Assembly (NCBI GenBank): GCA_964482155.1
Contig: CAYZWM010000005.1
Coordinates: 1-44,016, forward strand
Direction of reading: 5' to 3'
DNA length: 44,016 bases
Origin: an uncultured Chitinophagaceae bacterium
Lineage (GTDB): Bacteria; Bacteroidota; Bacteroidia; NS11-12g; UBA9320
A program made the position numbers and the translations under genes. The notes below the pieces were generated by a model, which saw only the letters and a list, made by a program, of their open reading frames with translations, did not search any database and was not told the origin of the DNA. Shown here piece after piece: positions 1 through 7,334 of this stretch (its first letter is position 1; every line of letters begins with the position of its first letter).

Positions 1-252
1 TATACCTTTTTTGTTTGCCTGCATGTTGTACGGCAAACTATCGGGTACATAAGTACCCCTGGCAATCAAAATGCTATCGATGTTGGGGTCTTGCCAAGCG
101 GAGTCTAATCCTGCCGCCAAACTCGTGAACGCATTTGCCCAACTTGATCCGTTGTTCAAACCTGCTGATGACGAGTCGACGTACACCGTTTGAGCACTTG
201 ACGTAAAATTTAAACCTAAAATTATTGTAAATAGAAAAATTTTAATTTTCAT
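1..252 (-). CDS. 5' part of a secreted protein with a beta-helix/pectin-lyase-like N-terminus (runs off the left window edge; not in ORF track)
   Basis: Manual translation from ATG at 252: MKIKIFLFTIILGLNFTSSA-QTVYVDSSSAGLNNGSSWANAFTSLAAGLDSAWQDPNIDSILIARGTYVP... Signal peptide plus the YVD..G.NNGSSW..AF..L / I.IA.GTY.P motif seen at the start of many Bacteroidota beta-helix surface proteins. No stop before position 1. Confidence 0.85.
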   Translation of the reverse strand, partial: MKIKIFLFTIILGLNFTSSAQTVYVDSSSAGLNNGSSWANAFTSLAAGLDSAWQDPNIDSILIARGTYVPDSLPYNMQANKKGI

Positions 253-779
253 AACATTTATTATTCGGCATACGAAATGCATGGCTTCTCAATCAATCTC
301 ATGACCAATTCAGCACCACAAAACAACACTACGCTTCCTATCACTTTAACTCCTGCAATGTACCAAATCTAAACTTTTGGCCAAATGATCGGATTAATGC
401 GATCGAACCATCAAGACCTTAAAGAACGATCATTTAGTAGCATAATAACTCGCAGATTAAATGCCAACATACCATTGAAGCCATCCGAAAACCCAATATA
501 TCCTGCTCAGGTTAACGAACATCTGTAGAAACAGTGACTTACATTTAGGTTTATTTACTTTTAGCCAGGAATAATTTTACAGATCTATTTGACGTAAAAG
601 GTCATTGGTAAATTGATGTTTTTTAGATCCCATTAAAAACGGTATCGATCCTTCTTATTGACCTTTCTTGGTTTTTTGATCACATTCTTAAGTTGTGTTT
701 CCAAGATCCAGAAGCAATGGCAATGGGCATCTTCGACAAGACGGATTCGGCGGTAAATTAGGGTCGATTTCTTTATGAT

Positions 780-787
780 TATATTTG
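780..787 (+). promoter_or_regulatory. Bacteroidota sigma-A -7 element (TATATTTG)
   Basis: Exact TAnnTTTG match ending 28 nt before the ATG at 816. Confidence 0.65.
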
Positions 788-815
788 TTTTCACTCATTT
801 TATAATAATAACGCA

Positions 816-1457
816 ATGAAACAGTCACTCATCGTATTGGTTACTCTAACATTGGTTTGTTCGTTTAATGCCAATTCACAAGTCTTAGAAGGAAGTCAAT
901 GGGTAACCCACTGGTCAGCTCCTATCAACGACTCCATTCGATTCAACTTTATGGACGACACGTTATATATTACCAATTTGTCGGGCCCAGAATTAATAAC
1001 GACAGCCTTTGTTGAAAGCAATGACACCATGTGGGTAACGGATATTTCCGGTCCTTATGCATGTTCTCCTACTGATGAAGGTGTTTTTAAATTCGCTATA
1101 ATGGGAGGGGTTCTTAATTTTACGACTATTTCGGACCGATGTATTGCTCGAGCTACATTTATATCGAGTAGTCCGTTAACAGATGAAACGTTATCTGTAG
1201 ATAATGCATCAATAAACCAGGAGTCCATAAATATTTACCCAAACCCGGCCTCTGCTCAGGCGACCATAGAATGGGTAGATAATTTGGAAATACAACAAGT
1301 TGACATTACCAATGTGTTTGGACAAGTTGTGTATTCGACCACCAATTTGCCAAATTCGTTGTTACATGTAGATTGTAGTTACTGGAATGCAGGAATCTAC
1401 TTAGTACGTGTACACGGTCGGCACGGAGTTTCAACTCGAAGAATAATTGTCGAATAA
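816..1457 (+). CDS. Small secreted protein with a type A T9SS C-terminal sorting domain
   Basis: Signal peptide; C-terminal IYPNPAS...ITNVFGQVV...AGIYLVRV...TRRIIVE. Confidence 0.88.
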   Translation: MKQSLIVLVTLTLVCSFNANSQVLEGSQWVTHWSAPINDSIRFNFMDDTLYITNLSGPELITTAFVESNDTMWVTDISGPYACSPTDEGVFKFAIMGGVLNFTTISDRCIARATFISSSPLTDETLSVDNASINQESINIYPNPASAQATIEWVDNLEIQQVDITNVFGQVVYSTTNLPNSLLHVDCSYWNAGIYLVRVHGRHGVSTRRIIVE

Positions 1458-1652
1458 GGTAATCACAGGCAATAGAGATTTAAACTTTGCTGTGTGTTTC
1501 TTTCGATTGGATTGACCCATGCCATCATAGACCGGTTTAGGCGCTTCATCACGTTTCGCCTAGAAGTTTATACATGCTGGTGAAGCGACATCAATCCTCA
1601 AGAATTGGTTTGTGAGCGATCGAATCTTATGGATTATGCTAGTCTGTATTTC

Positions 1653-2171
1653 TCATTCCTTTTGTTTGCTGCTAACTTCCTTAAACTGAGTTTTGAGCAT
1701 AAGAATTTGCCAGGTGCCTTTGGTATAGACACCAACCTTAAAATTATACGTTGAATCATCAACGTATTCCCACATCTCGGTTAGAAACATGCCTCCATAG
1801 GGGTACTGATATACGATGTTTTTATCAACCTGATAAACAACTCCTTCGGTTATCCCACCAAAAATATCAAATTCCCAAAATTTAATCGTGTCAGTGGCCT
1901 GGTCAAATATTCGAACACCGTGGTTTCTATGACCAGTGACTTTTTGCTCTTTGTCAATGAAACCTATTGAATTGGTAATTATTAGAGTGCTATCTAGAGA
2001 GTACGTCAATTCCACTTCCTGGTAAAATGCCGTCCCATTGCCCCAGTTACCTTCCGCTTTCCACGATTTTCCGGTGAGGTTGTCAAACATCGAAAGTGGT
2101 GGATTTTGAGCAAAGGTCATCGACGTGACCAACATCAAAAGGCATGTGATATTTTTCATTTTTCCGTTCAT
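1653..2171 (-). CDS. Secreted hypothetical protein, probably a beta-rich fold (start may be 2159)
   Basis: Signal peptide MKNITCLLMLVTSMTFA-Q; LTGKSWKAEG motif and alternating beta-strand pattern. Confidence 0.75.
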   Translation of the reverse strand: MNGKMKNITCLLMLVTSMTFAQNPPLSMFDNLTGKSWKAEGNWGNGTAFYQEVELTYSLDSTLIITNSIGFIDKEQKVTGHRNHGVRIFDQATDTIKFWEFDIFGGITEGVVYQVDKNIVYQYPYGGMFLTEMWEYVDDSTYNFKVGVYTKGTWQILMLKTQFKEVSSKQKE

Positions 2172-2409
2172 TGTTTTTTAGAAAATTGTGGCAACTTTTT
2201 TTTGTCAGTAACACAACTTCAATCCGAAATTACTGGATAAAAGGATACAGTCCAAGTTATAAAAAATACAGAAAACGATTCATAGCATGACCAAAGGTTA
2301 GTACGAAAGACCTTACGAACGGCTTTCTACCATATGTTCTTCATGGGTTGAACGAATAAAAGGGAACAGCAGGTCTTTCTCCGGATTCAATATGGTGAAC
2401 AGAACAGAA

Positions 2410-3054
2410 TTAATTAGTAGCGTTGCGGAGCAAACAAACGTATTCTTCAATTTCGATTTGACCACGTAAACCTTTTTCATCGGTTTGCTGATAAAGTATG
2501 GACATAGAGTAATTGGAGCCATATAGTCTCCGAACTTCGTCTGGATTGACTGAAAATGGAGGGCCTTGTGATTGAGTTTGATCATAGGTCAGGCAAATGA
2601 GCAATTGTGGAGCATCGAGGGTGATAGTCGATATGTGTTTGCTGTATCGATTTCGCACATCCTCTGGCAAGGCAATTAAAGCCGCCCGGTCGTATATCGC
2701 ATGAACGGGGCCCAGAATATCCTGGGTCAAATCAAAGAAATCTCCTTGATAGATTTTTAGATTTTTGGATGTGTAGATTGTTAGATTTTTGGACGTAGAG
2801 ATTTGTGGTTTAACGTTAATGGAGATGAACAGTTCTTCAACCGCTTTTTGGCTGAGTTCAATGCCCGTTACCTCATACCCCTGACCCAATAGCCACGGTA
2901 TGTCTACCGTTTTTCCACAAAGAGGAAGGAAAATACGATTGCTTGGTTGCAGGTTAAGATCATGTACGTATTTCACCAAAAGTGGATTTGCCTCGCTTAG
3001 GTGAAATCCAATCTTACCATCTTCCCATTTGTTTAACCAAAATTCTGCTTCCAT
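2410..3054 (-). CDS. tpm: Thiopurine S-methyltransferase (TPMT family, Se/Te-methylating type)
   Basis: FWLNKWEDGKIGFH, IFLPLCGKTVD, GIELS, YQGDFF, YDRAALIAL and GPPFSV motifs. Confidence 0.95.
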   Translation of the reverse strand: MEAEFWLNKWEDGKIGFHLSEANPLLVKYVHDLNLQPSNRIFLPLCGKTVDIPWLLGQGYEVTGIELSQKAVEELFISINVKPQISTSKNLTIYTSKNLKIYQGDFFDLTQDILGPVHAIYDRAALIALPEDVRNRYSKHISTITLDAPQLLICLTYDQTQSQGPPFSVNPDEVRRLYGSNYSMSILYQQTDEKGLRGQIEIEEYVCLLRNATN

Positions 3055-3149
3055 ACATACCCAATTAGATGTTGATCAAAATGCTATTTGCTTAGGTTTG
3101 GTTTCATCATTCAACAACTCTTCGTCAAGAATGTTCGAATTTAAAACGG

Positions 3150-3221
3150 ACAGTCTACACGTCTATAAATCAAAACATCTAAAGATCAAAACATCTAAAA
3201 ATCTATAAGTCTAAACATCCT
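3150..3221. repeat. Degenerate 8-bp tandem array (about 9 units, consensus nAnnTCWA)
   Basis: acagtcta cacgtcta taaatcaa aacatcta aagatcaa aacatcta aaaatcta taagtcta aacatcct; overlaps the mscS stop codon. Confidence 0.7.
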
Positions 3222-4029
3222 TATGCACGTGTACGTCCATTTGAGGGAATGGAATATTCAAGCCAGCCTTACCGAAGTTTTTATAAACCTCTTCGTTTAG
3301 GCGGAAGTAAACGTCCCAAAAATCTTCATTTTTAGCCCAGGCTCTTACCGTAAAATTAACCGAACTGTCCGCCAGTTCAGACACAGCGATAAATAGTTTT
3401 TCAGGTTTTTCCAGTATTCTCGGATCTGATTGGCATAAGTTTTTAATCACCTCACGGGCTTTATCAACGTCATCGCCGTATGCAATTCCCACAGTCCAAT
3501 CAACTCGTCTAAACGATCCAGGCGTGTAATTTACCATCGACGAATTGGAGAGCCCTCCGTTAGGAATAATTATTTTTCTGAAATCCAACGTTTCTAAAAT
3601 CGTATTGAAAATTTGAATCTCTTTTACAAAGCCTTCATGATCTTGTGCCTGAATAAAGTCACCCACTTTAAACGGTTTAAATATCAAAATCATGACACCA
3701 CCCGCAAAGTTTTGAAGTGTTCCGGACAACGCCAAACCAACGGCCAATCCGGCTGCACCCAAAAAAGCAATAAAAGAGGTCATCTCAATGCCAAGCATGG
3801 TGAGCACACTTATAACCAACAGCACTTTGAGCATGGTGCTTACAAGACTTTTAAGAAACGGACGTAAGGATACATCAATTTTGCGTTTGTCAAGAATTTT
3901 GCTAAAGCCTTTGTTGGTGAGTTTAATAACCCAACTTCCAATAAGAAGTACGGTCATAGCTCCAATAAGCTTTGTGCCATAAGTGATGGACAATTCGGCT
4001 ACTTGTTCAATAATCTGATTGACGTTCAT
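3211..4029 (-). CDS. mscS: Small-conductance mechanosensitive channel
   Basis: GAAGLAVGLALSGTLQNFAGGVMILIFKPFKVGDFI, IPNG, RRVDWTVGIAY, LADSSVNF, IPFPQMDVH. Confidence 0.97.
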   Translation of the reverse strand: MNVNQIIEQVAELSITYGTKLIGAMTVLLIGSWVIKLTNKGFSKILDKRKIDVSLRPFLKSLVSTMLKVLLVISVLTMLGIEMTSFIAFLGAAGLAVGLALSGTLQNFAGGVMILIFKPFKVGDFIQAQDHEGFVKEIQIFNTILETLDFRKIIIPNGGLSNSSMVNYTPGSFRRVDWTVGIAYGDDVDKAREVIKNLCQSDPRILEKPEKLFIAVSELADSSVNFTVRAWAKNEDFWDVYFRLNEEVYKNFGKAGLNIPFPQMDVHVHKDV

Positions 4030-4254
4030 AAAAGGTGTTTTGATACAAAAGAATGCATAATAAAATAGGGCTGGACCAGATTGATCTTTTTTTCGAATCT
4101 AAAAAGACCCTCATGGAAAGTGAAACTCCTTCAATTCCAAGTTTTTAAGGTGTAAAAACGGGTCTGGAATTGAGGTAATTAAAGCAGTTGTCTTGAATTC
4201 GGTACTGATGCTAAACATACCAGGTCTAAAAGACGTACAGGATTAAAAGTTTAA

Positions 4255-4345
4255 CTACTGGCAGATTAAACACAGCACTTAAATGCGAAAACAGTACGGT
4301 TGTCAAAACAAGGAGAAATGACGGTCAAATATGGATGATATTTGT
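4255..4345 (+). promoter_or_regulatory. Putative activator-dependent promoter of sRNA-1 (21-bp-period hexamers plus GATATTTG -7 variant)
   Basis: ctactg(4255), cactta(4276), cggttg(4297); G of TTTG at 4344, 47 nt from the proximal hexamer; same geometry as the two minus-strand promoters. Confidence 0.5.
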
Positions 4346-4349
4346 TCCA

Positions 4350-4491
4350 ATTACTATTCATCTCAAGAGTCAGTTAGATTTGGTACAAAGGCCAAATGTT
4401 TTGAGGAATTATTGGTATTAAGGATGTAAAATAATACTATTTTGTAATTGAGTTACGCGACTTGGGGGGGGTGTCAAAACCCCCTTTTTTT
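4350..4491 (+). ncRNA. Candidate small RNA 1 (about 140 nt; 5' end approximate)
   Basis: Nested stems ctcaaga(4362)/ttttgag(4399) and atttggt(4378)/gccaaat(4391); hairpin tggtatta(4413)/taatacta(4432); GAGTTACGCGAC; terminator; no credible ORF. Confidence 0.55.
4464..4491 (+). terminator. Intrinsic terminator of sRNA-1
   Basis: gggggt-gtcaaa-accccc followed by T7. Confidence 0.8.
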
Positions 4492-4598
4492 ATGCTTCAT
4501 ACGTTGTCGCTGACAATATGTTGTCAATTTATATATCAGTGTTAAGTTTTTGTAAAGGTGACCGTTTAAATGAAGGAGAGGTGTTGCCTGAATTTGAG

Positions 4599-4625
4599 AA
4601 AAAAAATGGGGGCTTTGTGCCCCCA
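4599..4625 (-). terminator. Intrinsic terminator of sRNA-2
   Basis: Minus strand tgggggc-acaaa-gccccca followed by T8. Confidence 0.85.
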
Positions 4626-4729
4626 CGTCGCGTGTTTAACTCTTAAATTCTAATGTATTAGGTCTTAGGTCTTAAGAATCAAGTCTGTCCGAAGTTTGCC
4701 GTGCGAGCAGCATTTTTCGAACCGTAGTC
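4599..4729 (-). ncRNA. Candidate small RNA 2 (about 130 nt; 5' end approximate)
   Basis: Minus strand nested stems gttcgaa/ttcggac and tgctg/cggca; taagacc direct repeat; GAGTTAAACACGCGAC then terminator; only a 13-codon ORF. Confidence 0.6.
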
Positions 4730-4733
4730 TATG

Positions 4734-4824
4734 ACAAAGTAAGGCTATAAATTGAAGCCCAAATCAGGATATATTGCAAGTGCGGTAGTTTTGTTCTTAG
4801 TCGAATGGAATATGCTTTTATGTG
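4734..4824 (-). promoter_or_regulatory. Putative activator-dependent promoter of sRNA-2
   Basis: Minus strand cacata(4824), cgacta(4803), cacttgcaatat(4782), then ttactttgt with the G at 4735 (47 nt). Confidence 0.55.
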
Positions 4825-4908
4825 TTTGTAAAGAATGGTTAACTGCGTAGATGATTTAATTGATTGCCGTTTGAAACACAAAATTCAAGTTACCGGCAGT
4901 CAGAAAAT

Positions 4909-4937
4909 AAAAAAAAAAGGGTCATATCCCATGACCC
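4909..4937 (-). terminator. Intrinsic terminator of sRNA-3
   Basis: Minus strand gggtcat-gggat-atgaccc followed by T10. Confidence 0.85.
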
Positions 4938-5019
4938 CTTTAAGCTGTTATGAAGCATTACATTGAAGTAGGCCTGATTTACTTAGGCCCTAAAGATTAA
5001 ACCCTAATAGCTGTAATGC
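4909..5019 (-). ncRNA. Candidate small RNA 3 (about 110 nt)
   Basis: 8-bp closing stem GCATTACA(5019-5012)/TGTAATGC(4962-4955) enclosing two small hairpins, then a terminator; no protein gene lies upstream or downstream on this strand. Confidence 0.6.
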
Positions 5020-5022
5020 GTC

Positions 5023-5113
5023 ACAAATATCTATGAATTTATGCCTTGAAACTGATCAAATATGGCAAGTGATTACATTTGTTTGCTAGTTGTTGTTATT
5101 TCATTAATAAGTG
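5023..5113 (-). promoter_or_regulatory. Putative activator-dependent promoter of sRNA-3
   Basis: Minus strand cactta(5113), caacta(5092), cacttgccatat(5071), then gatatttgt with the G at 5024 (47 nt). Confidence 0.55.
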
Positions 5114-5403
5114 TCGTAAATGAGGCTGTTTCCTTTGCGTGTCCACTTCGGAAGAGCAGCATTGTTCTCGATATATAGAGAGGTATTTGACGAAACAGAA
5201 TAGTCTGGGCACCAGAGTCGATGCTGTCCTTATAAGTCGAACTGACATTGTAATTAATTGTTTCTCTCCTACGCGTATCCGCTTCGGCAGAGCACAGCAT
5301 TGGATAAGCAAATTTTGTGATTTTGCCATGATACGAAACAGATCTCCGCTACATATCTTTGAGACTTCAAATCGTTACCAGTTGATTAATTCATCAAGAC
5401 CAT

Positions 5404-5430
5404 TGTAACTTCCTTATGCTTCATTCTATT
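5404..5430 (+). promoter_or_regulatory. Putative autoregulatory ECF sigma promoter TGTAACT-N13-TTCTATT
   Basis: AAC-containing -35 typical of ECF promoters, ending 11 nt before the sigma ATG; identical boxes and spacing recur at 9299-9325. Confidence 0.75.
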
Positions 5431-5441
5431 TACAGAAGAAC

Positions 5442-5930
5442 ATGACCATTAACGAGTTTAAAAAGGTTGTAGGCGATCTGGGGCCAAGGCTCTTACAATT
5501 TGGTGAGTACCAGGTGGGAGACATCGATGTGGCTAAGGACCTGGTACAGGAAAGTTTTGTCGTATTACTTGACAAAAGAGATGATGTGGAAGTGCCCAAA
5601 GCCAAGGCGTTTTTGTTTGCCGTTCTGACAAACAAAACCCGAGACCATTTTAAACTCAAAAAGAAGCAGGTTGAAGTTCAGGATTACCATCGAATAGAAG
5701 AAAATAGTCAAGGTGTTCTGGACAGTAAAGAATTGGTTAAAATGGCATTAGGGAAACTCAAGGAACGTGATAAAAACCTTATTTGCCTTAGAGACCTTGA
5801 AGGGTATGCCTACGAAGAGATTGCTGAAAAAATGGAATTGAGTTTAACCCAGGTAAAAGTATACTTGTTTAGAGCCAGAAAGGCGTTCAAAAACGAGATT
5901 ATTAAACTTGAAGTGGAGGTGCGATTATGA
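5442..5930 (+). CDS. ECF-family RNA polymerase sigma-70 factor
   Basis: AKDLVQESF (region 2), AKAFLFAVLTNKTRDH, LRDLEGYAYEEIAEKMELSLTQVKVYLFRARK (region 4). Confidence 0.95.
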   Translation: MTINEFKKVVGDLGPRLLQFGEYQVGDIDVAKDLVQESFVVLLDKRDDVEVPKAKAFLFAVLTNKTRDHFKLKKKQVEVQDYHRIEENSQGVLDSKELVKMALGKLKERDKNLICLRDLEGYAYEEIAEKMELSLTQVKVYLFRARKAFKNEIIKLEVEVRL

Positions 5931-6811
5931 AATTAGATCTACAAAATTACGAATCGGTGTTTTTCAATTTACTGGAAGGAAACTACAGTGAGGTTGAAGA
6001 AGAACGGCTGTTCGAAGAGATAGAAAATGATCCGTTTCTTCGATTTGAATGGGAAAACTGGCAAAAAACCAAACTGGTTGACCAGTCCGATCAATATGCT
6101 CAGAAATATGGTGTTTTTTTTGATACCATAAAGGAGGAATCCGATGTTGTTGTCATGCCTAAACGTATGGACTCCAAAAAAGTATGGAGATTAATCCCAT
6201 TAATGACAACTCTAGCAGCCAGTATCGTTATTTTCTTTTTTGTGGTGCGTAATAATCAAAATCAAACCATCGAGTCTAACCCAATTGTCGTTAACGAAAC
6301 ATTGAACGAAGTAAGTGAAGATGCCTCCGTTATTGAGCAAGATGAGGTTAACGAAATAGAAGTAAACGTTGCTGCTCCTTCAACAATATCAGTTGAGGAC
6401 CCACAGGACAATTTGGGAGTCAAAGATGTTAAGCCGAAGGTGGCATTTGTTGCGCTAGCGAATGAAGAAGTTCGCCCAAAGCAATTGTCTCAGCGTCTAA
6501 CGGATACCACACAACGTATTCAAAGTTTGCCCTTGGTAAAGGTTTATGGTTTGGTGAATGTGGGTGAATTGACTCAGGATGTAGTCTTGGAAAAGACACC
6601 AGCAAAACCTAAATATAAAAGAACATTTACGGTTACAACCGAAGATCTCAAAAGAAAAGAAGTGGTGCTCACCAGAAATGAGATCGAAAATACGAGTTGG
6701 AGAAAACTTCTGGAAGACAAAACCATTCGATTGGTTTGGATTGGTAATAAAACCTACCTCCGTTTGGAGTCGTTCGATTCAGAACCTGTTCTTATCGGAT
6801 TGCAGGAGTAA
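5927..6811 (+). CDS. Putative membrane-anchored anti-sigma factor
   Basis: ATGA overlap with the sigma gene; N-terminal NYESVFFNLLEGNYS anti-sigma-like segment; single TM (TTLAASIVIFFFVV); acidic linker. Confidence 0.75.
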   Translation: MKLDLQNYESVFFNLLEGNYSEVEEERLFEEIENDPFLRFEWENWQKTKLVDQSDQYAQKYGVFFDTIKEESDVVVMPKRMDSKKVWRLIPLMTTLAASIVIFFFVVRNNQNQTIESNPIVVNETLNEVSEDASVIEQDEVNEIEVNVAAPSTISVEDPQDNLGVKDVKPKVAFVALANEEVRPKQLSQRLTDTTQRIQSLPLVKVYGLVNVGELTQDVVLEKTPAKPKYKRTFTVTTEDLKRKEVVLTRNEIENTSWRKLLEDKTIRLVWIGNKTYLRLESFDSEPVLIGLQE

Positions 6812-6865
6812 AAGTCGTTTAAGTGGAAACGAAACCTTAACTTTCGCCCGTTAAATAAACGTAGT

Positions 6866-7186
6866 TTGAAACAACGGGTTACCCATACTATTTCTTTATC
6901 AGGTTTACTTATTTTGGCACTGACGTGTCAACTGTTTGCATCGACCGTTGTTCACTGTTTTAGTCTGTTGGATGGGTATGACCATATCGAGTGGATTAAC
7001 CTTACCGATACAGACGGTGAAGAAGAGGAGGACAAAACGGATAAGGACGATTCGTATGTGGTTGATCTCAACACAATTCTACGTCCAATCCAGGCTACGA
7101 TATTTGAAAAAAACGGTTCTATGGGGTTCTGGTTATCTTCAATACCAGACATTTCGACCCCGCCCCCCGAAAGTACATTGATGTAA
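6866..7186 (+). CDS. Small hypothetical leader-type protein upstream of SulP (TTG start)
   Basis: N-terminal hydrophobic segment, acidic run DGEEEEDKTDKDD, C-terminal ISTPPPES. Confidence 0.6.
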   Translation: MKQRVTHTISLSGLLILALTCQLFASTVVHCFSLLDGYDHIEWINLTDTDGEEEEDKTDKDDSYVVDLNTILRPIQATIFEKNGSMGFWLSSIPDISTPPPESTLM

Positions 7187-7334
7187 ATTCTGAGGATTTC
7201 AGAGGTGCGGACGAACCAAATCTGTCCAGGAATGTTTGTTCTTCACATTAGAAGGACAATTGTTCAATGGTATTAATCAAAATGTATTCACGAAACCCGG
7301 TTAAAAAAATGATTCCCGGGTCATATAGATAAAA

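Noticed and set aside
1540-1562. Hammerhead-like words on the minus strand (GGCGAAAC, TGATGA)
   Set aside because: GAAA directly precedes UGAUGA, the C of CUGAUGA is missing, and stems I-III cannot be built
4437-4444. CTATTTTG as the promoter of a 45-nt version of sRNA-1
   Set aside because: It lacks the upstream repeats; the 4337-4344 box fits the 47-nt geometry of the other two units, and this segment lies in a predicted hairpin
4672-4713. 13-codon ORF MLLARQTSDRLDS inside sRNA-2
   Set aside because: Too short, start codon within a predicted stem region, and no counterpart in sRNA-1; cannot be supported
5073-5408. Three overlapping 75-89 aa ORFs upstream of the sigma gene
   Set aside because: No recognisable motifs, mutually overlapping, and overlapping promoter elements; probably spurious
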